DNA of 58,472 bases from Planctomycetota bacterium (GTDB taxonomy: Bacteria > Planctomycetota > UBA11346): contig JACCZE010000230.1 of assembly GCA_013696105.1 (NCBI GenBank), positions 1 to 58,472 of the forward strand, in the 5' to 3' direction. A program made the translations under genes and the position numbers. Below, in pieces: positions 22,120-32,542 of the stretch. The notes below the pieces were generated by a model that was not told where the DNA came from, ran no database searches, and saw only the letters and a list, made by a program, of their open reading frames with translations. Position 1 is the first letter of the stretch. The number at the start of each line of letters is the position of its first letter.

Positions 22120-23397
22120 TCACAGGTCCTTGAAGCGTCCCCGGTAAGCCCACAAGCCCAAGGCTGGATTGGAGATGTAGAAGATCCGCTCGCCATCGAC
22201 GGTGTTCCAGCCATCGACGAGCTTCGCCGGATCGTAGCGCCGCATGGTCCCGGCCAGGTCCGCATAGGCGTAGCCGACGCCCTCGATTTCGGCCCGGGTC
22301 AGATGCCCCGGACAATAGGTCACGGTGAAACGGCCTTCGCTCGATCCATGGATCAGGTGCGCGGCCGCCGACAGGTTTGTGCGCAGATCCTGGTGTTCGC
22401 GCACGAAACGCATGACCTCGGGCGTGGTGCGGTAGCCGTAGGCGCGGATCAGGCGATCGATCTCGGGATCCTCGCCGAAGCCCTTCAATCCCGGCGCGAG
22501 CACCACCAGCTCGCCGCGGTCCGCGATCGCCATGCGCGTGCGGTAGACCGATTTGTTGCCCAGCCACGTGGTGTGGAACTCTTCGGGGTCGAGGTACACC
22601 ACGACCTTTTTCGGCTCCTCGTCGAGGAGCTGGAAGTTCACCTCGAGCGACAGCTTCGCCGCCAGTTCGAAGCACTCGACGCCGTCGCCGATATAGAGTC
22701 CGCGCGTCACCAGGCCACCGGCGCCATCCGAGCCGACGACGGTGAGGACGAACACGATCGGCAGGTGCTTGCACAGCCGCAGCAGCGCTTCGTTCAAGAG
22801 ACGACGCACTGGCGTGTCCGCGCGGCCCATCATCCGCTCCATGCCGTAGGCCGCGCCGATGAAGTGGCTCTCGTTGATGCCCTCGGCGCCGCCGATTCCG
22901 ATGAACAGGTTCTTGGTGTGGTTGGCCATGCCCGCCACCTCGTGCGGCACCACCTGGCCGATCGACAGGATCAGGTCGTGGCCTCCGCCCCACGCGAGCT
23001 TGTTGAGCTGCGCCGGCCAGGGCTTGTCCCAGACGCCGTCGGTGGCTCGGGAGACGAACTCGGCCGGCAGCGAACCGATCGTCACCACGTCGTTGCGCCA
23101 ATCGTGGATGCGGAACAGGTCCTTGGGCACGCCGGCGTACATCTTGGCGATCTGCCAATCCGGCATGGGCGCGTGCGTGCCCAGCGCGGGCAGGACGTCG
23201 GTCAGTGCCGTGCCGAAATGGTCGTAGGTGATGCGCGTCAGGATCCCGGCGCGGCTGTTGAAGCGGGTGAAATCAGGCGGGATGGCCAGCACCTTGCGCC
23301 GTTTGCCGAGCTTCTCGAACGTTGCGGTCATGGCGGCGCGCAGGTCGGCGTCCGTGAGCACGGTGGTGGGGGAGCCCTTCGCGAAGTAGGTGGTCAT
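22120..23397 (-). CDS. LarA (lactate racemase) superfamily protein, probable D-mannonate/D-gluconate 2-epimerase (GntE-like)
   Basis: IPPDFTR, PALGTH.PM, HDWR, VVPHEVAGMANHTKN are LarA-domain motifs; ATGA-coupled to the gluconokinase gene. Confidence 0.8.
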   Translation of the reverse strand: MTTYFAKGSPTTVLTDADLRAAMTATFEKLGKRRKVLAIPPDFTRFNSRAGILTRITYDHFGTALTDVLPALGTHAPMPDWQIAKMYAGVPKDLFRIHDWRNDVVTIGSLPAEFVSRATDGVWDKPWPAQLNKLAWGGGHDLILSIGQVVPHEVAGMANHTKNLFIGIGGAEGINESHFIGAAYGMERMMGRADTPVRRLLNEALLRLCKHLPIVFVLTVVGSDGAGGLVTRGLYIGDGVECFELAAKLSLEVNFQLLDEEPKKVVVYLDPEEFHTTWLGNKSVYRTRMAIADRGELVVLAPGLKGFGEDPEIDRLIRAYGYRTTPEVMRFVREHQDLRTNLSAAAHLIHGSSEGRFTVTYCPGHLTRAEIEGVGYAYADLAGTMRRYDPAKLVDGWNTVDGERIFYISNPALGLWAYRGRFKDL

Positions 23398-24881
23398 CGT
23401 CGGGTCCGCCTCGTGCGCTTCGTGGAATCGGTCGGGTAGAGCGTGCGCTCGAGAGCGGCGAGCTCCACGCGTTCTCGCGCATACGCGCGCGCGTGCGTGC
23501 GCCGTGGTGCGATCGGCTCGCCGGTCGTCGCTGCGATCTGGTCTGCCGAGCGCAGGCGTTCGAGCGCCAATACCGCTGCGCCGCTCAGCGACGATTCGGG
23601 CTCGAGGCTCGGCCGCACCTCGCGTCCGAGCACGTCGGCCAGGCGCTGGAGCGCTCCGCGCGATTTCTGGATGCCGCCGCCGACCGCGATGCGCAGGCGT
23701 GAGCGCGAGCCAGGAAGCAGATCGATGATCGTCGCCAGCCGGTGGAAGCTCGCTTCGGTGGTCGCCTGCAGCACATCCAGCGCGCTGGTCGCCTGGGTCA
23801 GGCCGACGATGGCTCCGCGCAGATCCTCGCGCCAGGTCGGTGCGCGTTCGGCCAGCCAGAACGGCAGCACGCGCAGGCCGTGGTCTGGGCCCGGACGATC
23901 CGCGAGTGCGCGCTCGATCGCGGAGGGGTCCTCGGGCAGGCGCAGCTGGTCCAGACACCATGCGCGCAGCGATCCTGCGTTCGAGATCGCGCCGCCGACC
24001 AGGAACCGGCGCGCATCGACCCGGTAGCAGAACAATCCGAACGGCGCGCGGGCTTCGCCGCGATCGCGCAGGATGCGCACGGCACCGCTGGTGCCGAAGT
24101 TGATCGCCGCCCATCCGCGCCGGGTCGCGCCGACTCCGAGGTTGTTCGCGGCGCCATCGCCGATGGCCGGGTACCAGGCCGCATCGGCGATCTCGGGCCA
24201 GGCGCGGTGCCAACGCCGGTCGAGGCGCAGGGGGGTGTCGGCGATCGGCGACAGGCTCGACTGCGGGACGCCGAAGCGCGCGAGGGAGGGCGCATCCCAC
24301 GACATGGCCTCGGGATCGTAGAGCCCTGTACCCGTGGCCATGCCGTGCGCGCAGCGCAGGCCCGAAGACAGCTGCAGGTACAGCCATTCGGCAGGGGACA
24401 TCCAGCGCGCGACGCGCGAGAACACCCGCGGCTCGGTGCGTTGCAGCCACGCGAGCTTCGCCGGCCAGAAGGATGCGCGCAGCATGCAGCCGGTGCGCTG
24501 GTGGTAGCGCCGCTCGTCGTGATGGCCGCGCAGCCGGGCCGCGTCGTCGCGGCAGCGGCTGTCCGCCCAGGTGATCACCCGCGTCAGCGGACGGCCGTCG
24601 GCGGTGGTGCCTACCAGGCTGTGCCAGAAGCACGAGGTCGCGACACCAGCAATCGCGCGTCCGCGCAGTGTCCGATCGCGACGCGCGGCTGCGAGGGTGC
24701 GGCCGATGCAGGCGCGCACGCCGTCGAGGAGCGCCGCCGGCTCGATCTCGGCGCGGCCATCGCGGTCGGTGATCAGCGCATGCGTCGCCTGCGCGGTGGT
24801 CGTCACGATGCGCACACCGCTCTGATCGAAGAGCGCGGTGCGCGTCGAACTGGTGCCGATGTCGATGGCGAGGATGAGCAT
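23394..24881 (-). CDS. gntK: FGGY-family gluconokinase
   Basis: AIDIGTSS, SCFWHSL, ITWADSR, FWPAKLAWL, GDGAANNLG, GTSGAVR, LFCYRVD, GGAISNAG, LAERAP.W. Confidence 0.85.
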   Translation of the reverse strand: MLILAIDIGTSSTRTALFDQSGVRIVTTTAQATHALITDRDGRAEIEPAALLDGVRACIGRTLAAARRDRTLRGRAIAGVATSCFWHSLVGTTADGRPLTRVITWADSRCRDDAARLRGHHDERRYHQRTGCMLRASFWPAKLAWLQRTEPRVFSRVARWMSPAEWLYLQLSSGLRCAHGMATGTGLYDPEAMSWDAPSLARFGVPQSSLSPIADTPLRLDRRWHRAWPEIADAAWYPAIGDGAANNLGVGATRRGWAAINFGTSGAVRILRDRGEARAPFGLFCYRVDARRFLVGGAISNAGSLRAWCLDQLRLPEDPSAIERALADRPGPDHGLRVLPFWLAERAPTWREDLRGAIVGLTQATSALDVLQATTEASFHRLATIIDLLPGSRSRLRIAVGGGIQKSRGALQRLADVLGREVRPSLEPESSLSGAAVLALERLRSADQIAATTGEPIAPRRTHARAYARERVELAALERTLYPTDSTKRTRRTRR

Positions 24882-24890
24882 GATCAGGGC

Positions 24891-24923
24891 ACGTCCGACG
24901 TCCGACGTCCGACGCCCGACGCC
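24891..24923. repeat. 7-bp CGTCCGA tandem repeat
   Basis: acgtccgacgtccgacgtccgacgcccgacgcc between the SDR and gntK genes. Confidence 0.7.
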
Positions 24924-24939
24924 AGGAAGCGGCGAAAAA

Positions 24940-25740
24940 TCATATCGTCTGCGACAGGAAGCCGCCGTCGACGCAGACGTCGCTGCCGGTGACGAATGCG
25001 GATGCCTGGGCCGATGCCAGGAAGACCGCGGCGCCGATCAGCTCGTCGGCTTCGCCGAAACGGCCCATCGGGGTGTGGCCGAGGATCTGCTGACCGCGAG
25101 CGGTCGGCGTGCCGTCGGCGTTGAACAGCAGCTTCTTGTTCTGTTCGGCGGGAAAGAACCCGGGCGTGATCGAATTCACCCGCACCCCGGAGCGCGCCCA
25201 CTCGCGGGCGAGGAATTTGGTCAGGTTCAGCACCGCGGCCTTGGCCGACGAGTACGACACCACGCGCGAGAGCGGGATGTGCGCGCTCACCGATGCGATG
25301 TTGATGATCGATCCGCGTTTGCGCGCGACCATGCCGGGTCCGAATTCCTGGCACGGCAGCAGCGCGCCGCCGATCAGGTTGAGATCGTAGTTCGCCTTCC
25401 AATCGGCGAGCGAGATGCCTTCGAAGGCCTTGTCGCCGACGACGGTCACCTTGGGATCGTTGCCGCCGGCGGCGTTCACCAGCACGGTCGGATCCCCGAG
25501 ATGCTTGGCGATCTCCTGGTGCGCGCGCTTCAGGCTCGCAGGATCCATCGCGTCGCAGGCGACGAACAACGATGTGCCTCCTGCCTCGCGGATGGCGTGC
25601 GCGCGGGATTCTCCGCGTTCGGCATTGCGGCCGACGACCGCTACCGGTGCTCCAGCGCGGGCCAGACCGCTGGCGAGCGCGCCGCCGAGGACGCCGGTCC
25701 CGCCGATGACGACGGCGATATCCTGGCTCAGATCGAACAT
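24940..25740 (-). CDS. SDR oxidoreductase, probable fructuronate reductase/D-mannonate oxidoreductase (UxuD-like)
   Basis: GGTGVLG, NAAGGN, PLSRVVSYSSAK (YxxxK), PGFFPAEQN, ILGHTPMGRFG, VDGGF. Confidence 0.85.
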   Translation of the reverse strand: MFDLSQDIAVVIGGTGVLGGALASGLARAGAPVAVVGRNAERGESRAHAIREAGGTSLFVACDAMDPASLKRAHQEIAKHLGDPTVLVNAAGGNDPKVTVVGDKAFEGISLADWKANYDLNLIGGALLPCQEFGPGMVARKRGSIINIASVSAHIPLSRVVSYSSAKAAVLNLTKFLAREWARSGVRVNSITPGFFPAEQNKKLLFNADGTPTARGQQILGHTPMGRFGEADELIGAAVFLASAQASAFVTGSDVCVDGGFLSQTI

Positions 25741-25842
25741 GCGTACCCCCGGCGCGGCATTTGAGGCCGAGGCACCGACGCGTCAACCCGGCGAGGTGAA
25801 GCCGCACGCGGCATGCTCAGTGCCCACCACTGCCCGAATCGT

Positions 25843-26151
25843 TCAGCCGTCGCCGAGGGGGCTTGTGAGGTTGCGGCTGCGCTCCTCGACTCCTAGGCCC
25901 GCCTTCTCGAGGACGGTTCGCGCTTCATGCCGGTCCATGCCCAGGATGCGACACCGCAGGATGGCTCCCTGGTGGTAGGCGAGCAGGGTCGCCATCCGCA
26001 CGCGACCGTAGTCGGCGCGATAGGGGCCGTCGTCCACCGCGGCAGGCAGCTGGCCGTATTCCCGCTGCCAGGCGATCGTCACCCGCGTGATGGCGGCAGC
26101 CTGGACCGCAGCCACGAACGCATCGATCGCATCAAATTCACGATAGCTCAT
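25843..26151 (-). CDS. Hypothetical protein (102 aa)
   Basis: ORF with ordinary composition in the space upstream of the SDR, same strand; no family recognised. Confidence 0.6.
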   Translation of the reverse strand: MSYREFDAIDAFVAAVQAAAITRVTIAWQREYGQLPAAVDDGPYRADYGRVRMATLLAYHQGAILRCRILGMDRHEARTVLEKAGLGVEERSRNLTSPLGDG

Positions 26152-26238
26152 TGTCGCATCGGAATGTCTTGATCGCTACCGGCCCGGCCAGTACAAATCC
26201 TGGCTGTGGCGCAGCGGACGACTGAACTTCCGGGACAG

Positions 26239-27012
26239 ATGGAATCAGCACAAGCCGAAGCGGCTACGCTGCTTCGCGGGTGCCGCCGACTCCTGGTCAT
26301 GACCGGGGCGGGCATGAGCGCCGATGCCGGTGTCCCCACCTTCCGCTGCGAAGGGGGATTCTGGAAGAACCACCGGTTCGAGGATCTCGCGCACCCGGAC
26401 GGCTTCAAGCGCGACCCCGACCTCGTGTGGGACTGGTATCGTGAACGTCGCCTGTGCGTGGCCTCGTCGGCGCCCCACCCGGGCCAACGGACCATCGCGC
26501 TGCTGCAGCGCCATTACCCCGAACCCGGCCAGGTGCTGATCGCCACCACCAACGAAGACGACCTGCTGGAGCGAGCCGGAGTCGCGCCGGTCATCCACCT
26601 GCACGGATCGCTGTTCGACACCATCTGCTCGGGCACGTGCGGCTGGCGCTCCTCCGACGACCGCGACAACTCGCTGAGCATGATGCCGTGTCCGCGCTGC
26701 GGTGCGGCGGTGCGGCCGGGATCGGTGTGGTATGGCGAGTCGCTGCCGCGCGCGCCGCTGCAGGCGATCGCGCACTTCAATCCCGATGGCTGCCTGCTGG
26801 TCGGCTCCTCGTGCCTGGTCCAGCCGGCCGCGGCGATCCCATCCGACCTCGTGGCCGCCTCCGCACCCGTGGTCGAGATCAACACCGAAGAGACCTTGTT
26901 CTCTCCCATCGCCAGCTGCAGCATCCGCGGCACGGCGAAGGACGTGCTGCCCGGCATCGTCGACCTGCTGACCTCGCGTACCGTGCAGGATCAGAAGCGG
27001 CGCGTGACCTGA
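26239..27012 (+). CDS. cobB: Sirtuin NAD-dependent protein deacylase (class III/CobB-like)
   Basis: TGAGMSADAGVPTFR, WDWYRERR (Tyr/Arg pocket), HLHGS, Zn Cys pairs, RPGSVWYGE, VEIN. Confidence 0.88.
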   Translation: MESAQAEAATLLRGCRRLLVMTGAGMSADAGVPTFRCEGGFWKNHRFEDLAHPDGFKRDPDLVWDWYRERRLCVASSAPHPGQRTIALLQRHYPEPGQVLIATTNEDDLLERAGVAPVIHLHGSLFDTICSGTCGWRSSDDRDNSLSMMPCPRCGAAVRPGSVWYGESLPRAPLQAIAHFNPDGCLLVGSSCLVQPAAAIPSDLVAASAPVVEINTEETLFSPIASCSIRGTAKDVLPGIVDLLTSRTVQDQKRRVT

Positions 27013-27086
27013 GGCCCCATCGCACCACGTGCGAAGACCACCACCCGCGATGAACGATCCAAGACCAGCCGATCGGCGCGCGACGA

Positions 27087-28430
27087 ATGCCGGATAACCG
27101 AAGCGACCACGATCTCTCGGCCAACGTGCTCGCATCCGCGGCACATCTGCTGCCGCGCGACGGAGCCACCGTGCTGGTCGCCGTCAGCGGAGGGGCGGAC
27201 AGCGTCGTGCTGTGGGACATCCTCGCGCGTGCGCAGCGCTGGACGGTCGTCGCCTACCATCTCGACCATGCGCTGCGCGATGCTTCGGCCGTGGATGCGG
27301 CATTCGTCCTGGCGCTCGCGCAGGATTTCGCCGCCGCCGGCATCGCTACGCGGGCTCTGTGCGAACGTGTCGAGATCGCTCGCCTGGCCGCCGATTGGCG
27401 CTGCGGACTCGAGGCAGCGGGCCGCCGTCATCGCTATGCCCGACTCGAGCAGATTGCTGGCGACGTCACAGCGGCCGCCGTCGTCACCGCGCACCACCGC
27501 GACGATCAGGCCGAGACCGTGCTGATGAACCTGCTGCGTGGTTCCGGTCGTTCCGGCCATCGCGGCATCCCTGCGCTGCGTCGTCTGGGTGCGGTGCCGC
27601 TGATCCGACCCCTTCTGCCGTATGCGCGCTCACGACTGCGGGCATACGCGCGCGAACGCGGACTGTCTTGGCGCGAGGACGCGAGCAACGACGACGAACG
27701 CTTCCGCCGCAACGTGGTGCGCAGGCGCGTCCTACCGGTGCTCGAGGCCGCGTGTCCCGGTACCGCGGAGGCGTTGATCGCGCTCTCCGACGCGCCCGAG
27801 ATCATCGCTGGACCAGCGATCGATGCCGCTGCGGGGGCGATCGCCATCGCGCGTCTGCCCCAATCGCCACATGAGCGCGCCACCGTGTGGCGGCGCATGC
27901 TCATCGATCTCGCGATCGAACCCGGACGAACGCGCATCCGCGAGTTGGAGTCGCTGGTCGGCGGCGTTCCTGGTCGAGCCTACCGTCTCGGAACCTGGCG
28001 CTTCCAGCGCACGCGCGAGACCATCGTCTGGCTGCAGGCGTCTCCTACCGTGTGTTCCGACGAGGTCGCGATCCCGGAGCCGGGCATCTACCGTCGCGGC
28101 GGCCAGGAACTGACCATCCGCCCGGCGCCATCGCCCGCGGATGCGCGGACGCCGAGCGGTGAAGCCTGGCTGTCGGCCGACCGCGTGGCGCTGCCGCTGG
28201 TGTGGCGGCTCGCGGGCGCCACCGAACGCTGGCGACCGCTCGGCTCGCCAGGGGGGCGGACCGTGCGCAAGTACCTCGCCGACCGCAAGGTGCCCGCGGA
28301 CGCACGCGCCGCGGTCGCGGTCGTCGCCGACCGGGATGGCGTGGTGTGGATTCCCGGTTTCGGCATCGCCGAACGGGCGCGCGTCGATCCCGACGCGCCA
28401 CGAGTGCTTCATGGCAAGATCGCGGGGTGA
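27087..28430 (+). CDS. tilS: tRNA(Ile)-lysidine synthetase
   Basis: AVSGGADS, EAAGRRHRY, TAHHRDDQAET, IRPLL, WREDASN, RNVVR, and the TilS C-terminal domain. Confidence 0.95.
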   Translation: MPDNRSDHDLSANVLASAAHLLPRDGATVLVAVSGGADSVVLWDILARAQRWTVVAYHLDHALRDASAVDAAFVLALAQDFAAAGIATRALCERVEIARLAADWRCGLEAAGRRHRYARLEQIAGDVTAAAVVTAHHRDDQAETVLMNLLRGSGRSGHRGIPALRRLGAVPLIRPLLPYARSRLRAYARERGLSWREDASNDDERFRRNVVRRRVLPVLEAACPGTAEALIALSDAPEIIAGPAIDAAAGAIAIARLPQSPHERATVWRRMLIDLAIEPGRTRIRELESLVGGVPGRAYRLGTWRFQRTRETIVWLQASPTVCSDEVAIPEPGIYRRGGQELTIRPAPSPADARTPSGEAWLSADRVALPLVWRLAGATERWRPLGSPGGRTVRKYLADRKVPADARAAVAVVADRDGVVWIPGFGIAERARVDPDAPRVLHGKIAG

Positions 28431-28445
28431 CGCTTAACTGCGCGC

Positions 28446-29201
28446 ATGAGCGCCACCGTCCCCGTCAATGCCAACACGTCCGCTGTCGTCCTTGCCGCAG
28501 GCAAAGGCACGCGCATGGGCTCCGACCTGGCGAAGGTCCTGCATCCGCTCGCGGGGCGGCCGCTGATCGCCCATGTGCTGGATACCTGCCGCGCACTGGG
28601 CGTCGGCCAGGCCGTGGTGGTGGTCGGCTGGCAGCGCGAACGCGTCGAAGAGGCGGTGCGGCCGTGGAAGCCGACGTGCGTGCTGCAGGACCGTCAGTTG
28701 GGCACCGGCCATGCGGTGCTCGCCACGCAATCCTCGGTGCGCGGCGAGGTCGTGCTGGTGCTGTGCGGTGACTGTCCACTGACTCCTCCGGCGCTCCTGC
28801 AGGAGGTGCTGACCAAGCACGCCCGCACGGGCGCGTCCTGCACCGGCGTCGCCGCGCGCATGCAGGATCCCACCGGGTACGGACGCATGATCACCGATGC
28901 GGCCAGCCGTCTCGTCGGTATCGTCGAACACAAGGACGCGAGCCCTGATCAGCGCGCGATCGACCTGGTCAACAGCGGCATCTACGCCTTCCGCCGCGCC
29001 GACCTGTTCCGCTGCCTGGCGAAGGTCCGGCCGCAGAATGCGCAGGGGGAGTACTACCTGACCGACGTGGTGGCCATGCTGGTCGCCGAGGGTGAGCCGG
29101 TCGAACTGGTGGTCACCGACGACGTCGCCTCGGTGCTTGGCGTCAACACTCCGGCGGACCTCGCCACCGCCGAGCGCCTGCGCGCTGGACGCGCGCCATG
29201 A
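28446..29201 (+). CDS. glmU: GlmU-like UDP-GlcNAc pyrophosphorylase, uridyltransferase domain only
   Basis: LAAGKGTRM, QLGTGHA, GDCPL, PTGYGR, IVEHKDA, NSGIY, NAQGEYYLTD, GVNT; ends at 251 aa with no left-handed beta-helix. Confidence 0.88.
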   Translation: MSATVPVNANTSAVVLAAGKGTRMGSDLAKVLHPLAGRPLIAHVLDTCRALGVGQAVVVVGWQRERVEEAVRPWKPTCVLQDRQLGTGHAVLATQSSVRGEVVLVLCGDCPLTPPALLQEVLTKHARTGASCTGVAARMQDPTGYGRMITDAASRLVGIVEHKDASPDQRAIDLVNSGIYAFRRADLFRCLAKVRPQNAQGEYYLTDVVAMLVAEGEPVELVVTDDVASVLGVNTPADLATAERLRAGRAP

Positions 29202-29788
29202 GCCCGGTCACGCACGGCCTCCTGAGCTGGGTGCTCGCCCACACCCCGGGCGTCGCTCCGGCGATCGATCGACGTGGGCGCGCGGCGATCACCATCGCGG
29301 GCCTCGCGCCCGACCTCGATGGGTTCGGCTATCCCTTCCAGCTGCTCACGCGCAACAACGCCGAGCCGTTGGACTGGTTCACGCGCTTCCATCACCACCT
29401 CGCCCACAACCTCCTGGCGACCATCGTCATCGCCGCGCTCGCGTGCGCGTGGGCGCGTGGATCGTGGCGGGTGGCCGTGCTGGCGCTGATCGCCGCCAAC
29501 CTGCACATGGTCTGCGATCTGATCGGCGCCCGCGGACCCGACGGCAACCAGTGGCCGATCCCGTACTGGCAGCCGTTCTCGGACGTGGGTTGGGTCTGGA
29601 CGGGCCAATGGCGGTTGGACTCCTGGCAGAACCTGGTGATCACCCTGTCGGCGCTCGCCCTGAGCGTCGCCATCGCTCTGCGGCACAGTCGTACGCCGGT
29701 CGAGATCGCCTCGATGCGCGCCGATCACGGGGTCGTGGCGACGATCCGACGCTGGTTCAGGCGCACGCCGGTCGACGGCCAGGCCTGA
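29198..29788 (+). CDS. Inner-membrane metal-dependent hydrolase (YdjM-like)
   Basis: MSPVTH, LAPDLD, HHHLAHN, HMVCD motifs with TM segments; ATGA overlap with glmU. Confidence 0.8.
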   Translation: MSPVTHGLLSWVLAHTPGVAPAIDRRGRAAITIAGLAPDLDGFGYPFQLLTRNNAEPLDWFTRFHHHLAHNLLATIVIAALACAWARGSWRVAVLALIAANLHMVCDLIGARGPDGNQWPIPYWQPFSDVGWVWTGQWRLDSWQNLVITLSALALSVAIALRHSRTPVEIASMRADHGVVATIRRWFRRTPVDGQA

Positions 29789-29896
29789 CGGCCTGATTTC
29801 CCCACGGGGACGATATCGGGCCGGTTTTGCATTCGCGCCTCGCGCCATATGCTGCCGCGCCCTCGCACGAATCACCAATCACCGCCCGGAGCCGCC

Positions 29897-30910
29897 ATGG
29901 CCATCAAGGTCCACTACGAGAAGACCGCGAAGATCGCACCCGTCCAGAAGAGCACCGTCGCCGTCATCGGCTACGGCAGCCAGGGCCACGCCCACGCGCA
30001 GAACCTGCGCGACAGCGGAGTGAAGGTGATCGTCGGCAACCACAACCGCACCAGCCCGAACGCGAAGCTCGCGCTCAAGCACGGCTTCCAGGTGCTGCCG
30101 CCGGCCGATGCGGTGAAGAAGGCCGACATCGTCATGTGCCTGGTGCCGGACGAGTTCCTGCCCGAGGTCTACGATCGCGACATCGAGCCGAACCTGCGGC
30201 CCGGCATGATGCTGATGGTCGCCCACGGCTTCAACATCCACTTCGGATTCGTCAAACCGCCGCGCGACATCGACGTGACCATGATCGCCCCCAAGGGCCC
30301 CGGCCACACCGTGCGCAGCGAATACCTCAAGGGCGGCGGAGTGCCGTGCCTGGTCGCGGTCAAGCAGGACGCCACCGGCAAGGCGCTCAATCGCGCCCTC
30401 GCCTACGGCAACGCCATCGGCGGCGCGCGCGCGGGCATCATCGAAACCACGTTCAAGGACGAGACCGAGACCGATCTCTTCGGCGAGCAGGTGGTGCTCT
30501 GCGGCGGACTGAGCGAGCTGATCAAGGCCGGCTTCGAGACGCTGACCGAAGCGGGTTATCCGCCAGAGATGGCCTACTTCGAATGTCTGCACGAGGTGAA
30601 GCTGATCGTCGACCTGATGTACGAGGGCGGCCTGAGCTACATGCGCTATTCGATCTCGAACACCGCCGAATACGGCGACTACGTCTCGGGCCCGAAGATC
30701 ATCACCCCGAAGACGCGCAAGGCGATGCGCAAGATCCTCAAGGACATCCAGAAGGTGAAGTTCGCGAAGGCCTTCCGCAAGGAATGCGCCGCGGGCAAGC
30801 CGTTCATGAACAAGATGCGCAAGAGCGAAGCCAACCATCCGATCGAGCAGGTCGGCCGCAGCCTGCGCAAGATGATGAAGTGGATCGACTCGAAGGAGAC
30901 ACGGAAATAG
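29897..30910 (+). CDS. ilvC: Ketol-acid reductoisomerase
   Basis: [72 protein letters not shown]. Confidence 0.97.
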   Translation: MAIKVHYEKTAKIAPVQKSTVAVIGYGSQGHAHAQNLRDSGVKVIVGNHNRTSPNAKLALKHGFQVLPPADAVKKADIVMCLVPDEFLPEVYDRDIEPNLRPGMMLMVAHGFNIHFGFVKPPRDIDVTMIAPKGPGHTVRSEYLKGGGVPCLVAVKQDATGKALNRALAYGNAIGGARAGIIETTFKDETETDLFGEQVVLCGGLSELIKAGFETLTEAGYPPEMAYFECLHEVKLIVDLMYEGGLSYMRYSISNTAEYGDYVSGPKIITPKTRKAMRKILKDIQKVKFAKAFRKECAAGKPFMNKMRKSEANHPIEQVGRSLRKMMKWIDSKETRK

Positions 30911-30921
30911 TCGGGCGCCGC

Positions 30922-32475
30922 GTGTCGGCGCGCAGCGCGCTGCTGATCATCGCGCTGCTCGCCGTCTGCGGGCGATCGGCGCTGGCGTCGGATATCGGCG
31001 AGACCGATCGCGCGCTGCTCGCGCGCTCGCTGACCGATGCGTCTGCGGCTGATCTGGTGCGCGCGTCCGATCTGCCGTTCTGCCGCATCGATGCCACCTA
31101 CGACCGGGACCTCCACCGGATAACCGCGCGCCAATCGCTGCGGATGGTCAATCGCAGCGACCAGCCGCTGTCCGACCTCGCCTTCCACACCTATGCCAAT
31201 GCCGTGGTCTATCACGGCGCGAGCATGACCATCACCTCGGCCACGGTCGATGGAACCTCGGCCCGATGCGAAGAGGTCCGCGAACGCACCGCCGTGCTCG
31301 TCACCCTGCCAGGTCCGTTGGCGCCCGGCGCGCAGGCCGACATCGTGCTCGCATTCACCTGCACGCTGTCCACCACAGGCGGGAATTACGGTCTGCTCGC
31401 CAGCAACGACGCGGTCGACTGTTTGTACGGCTGGCATCCCGAACCCGCGGTGCGGCGCGACGGCCGCTGGCAGCTCCATCCCGTCGGCGAGCAGGGCGAC
31501 CCGACTCAGAACGAGATGTTCCACGCGGTGGTGTCGCTGACGTTGCCGAGCGGACTGCAGCTGATGAACTCGGGTTCACAGGTCGGTGACAGCGCAGGTG
31601 CCGACGGCTCACGCACGGTGGTCGTCGCCAGCGCCTTCACCCGCAACGTGGTGCTGGTGATCGGTTCCGGCTTCGAGTCGCTGAAGAAGCAGGTGGGCGA
31701 TACCGAGGTGGTGTCGTGGTTCCATCCCGATGACCAGGCCGGTGGGAAGAGCGCGCTCGATACCGCCGCGGATTCGCTGGCCTTCTTCGAAGAGCACCTC
31801 GGCCTCTACCCGTACCGCGATCTGGATGTGGTCGAGGTGCGCCTGGGTCCCAACGTGGGCGGGATGGAATCGACCGGACTGGTGCTGATCGAGCGCGGGA
31901 GCTACGCCGCCATGCGCATGGCAGGCGATACCGCGGGCATGGAGACCATGCCGTCATTCATGATGGCGACCATCGTCTCGCACGAGGTAGCGCACCAGTG
32001 GTGGTACAACCTGGTGGGAAGCGACTCGTTCCTCTACCCGTGGGTCGACGAGAGCCTGACCAACTGGACCGGTTGCTGGTACCTCGAGCAGCGCGGCGGG
32101 CCGATCAGCCGCGCCGGCGGGTGGCAGATGTGCTACATGGAATGCGCGTCGGTCCCGCGGGCGCGGACCATCCCGATCAACCTCGCCGCCGACGCCTACA
32201 GCCTGCTCGCCTACGGCGGCATCGTCTACGGCCGGGGGGCCTTGATGTACCAGGCGCTGCGCAAGCGAGTGGGCGACGATGCCTTTGTGGCTTTCCTGCG
32301 CGGCTACCACGAACGCTTCCGCTATGGCTATGTTCGCGAATCCGACCTGCTAGCCACCGTGGGGGAGGCCCTAGGAGAGGACATAGCCGCCTGGTTCCGC
32401 GCTACCTGGATCGAAGGCGACGGACTGACCCAGCGCGACATCATGGAAGCGTCCAAGCCCTTGCCACGACGGTAG
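30922..32475 (+). CDS. Secreted M1-family (gluzincin) metallopeptidase
   Basis: Signal peptide after GTG 30922; GGMES exopeptidase motif; HEVAHQWW...WVDESL (HExxH-x18-E); VYGRG. Confidence 0.88.
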   Translation: MSARSALLIIALLAVCGRSALASDIGETDRALLARSLTDASAADLVRASDLPFCRIDATYDRDLHRITARQSLRMVNRSDQPLSDLAFHTYANAVVYHGASMTITSATVDGTSARCEEVRERTAVLVTLPGPLAPGAQADIVLAFTCTLSTTGGNYGLLASNDAVDCLYGWHPEPAVRRDGRWQLHPVGEQGDPTQNEMFHAVVSLTLPSGLQLMNSGSQVGDSAGADGSRTVVVASAFTRNVVLVIGSGFESLKKQVGDTEVVSWFHPDDQAGGKSALDTAADSLAFFEEHLGLYPYRDLDVVEVRLGPNVGGMESTGLVLIERGSYAAMRMAGDTAGMETMPSFMMATIVSHEVAHQWWYNLVGSDSFLYPWVDESLTNWTGCWYLEQRGGPISRAGGWQMCYMECASVPRARTIPINLAADAYSLLAYGGIVYGRGALMYQALRKRVGDDAFVAFLRGYHERFRYGYVRESDLLATVGEALGEDIAAWFRATWIEGDGLTQRDIMEASKPLPRR

Positions 32476-32542
32476 GCCCGACGGGCGGGAGTCGGCCTGA
32501 GGGAGTAGGCGCAGGCTCCGCCATAGGGTATACTCACTGACG

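Noticed and set aside
29827-30921. N-terminal extensions in the ORF track (M1 peptidase 882 aa, PurL 1341 aa, GltB 1644 aa, LarA 837 aa, PGM 795 aa, CNNM 768 aa)
   Set aside because: The extensions overlap neighbouring real genes and are Arg/Pro/Gly-rich noise; downstream starts match the family N-termini, so these are not fusions.
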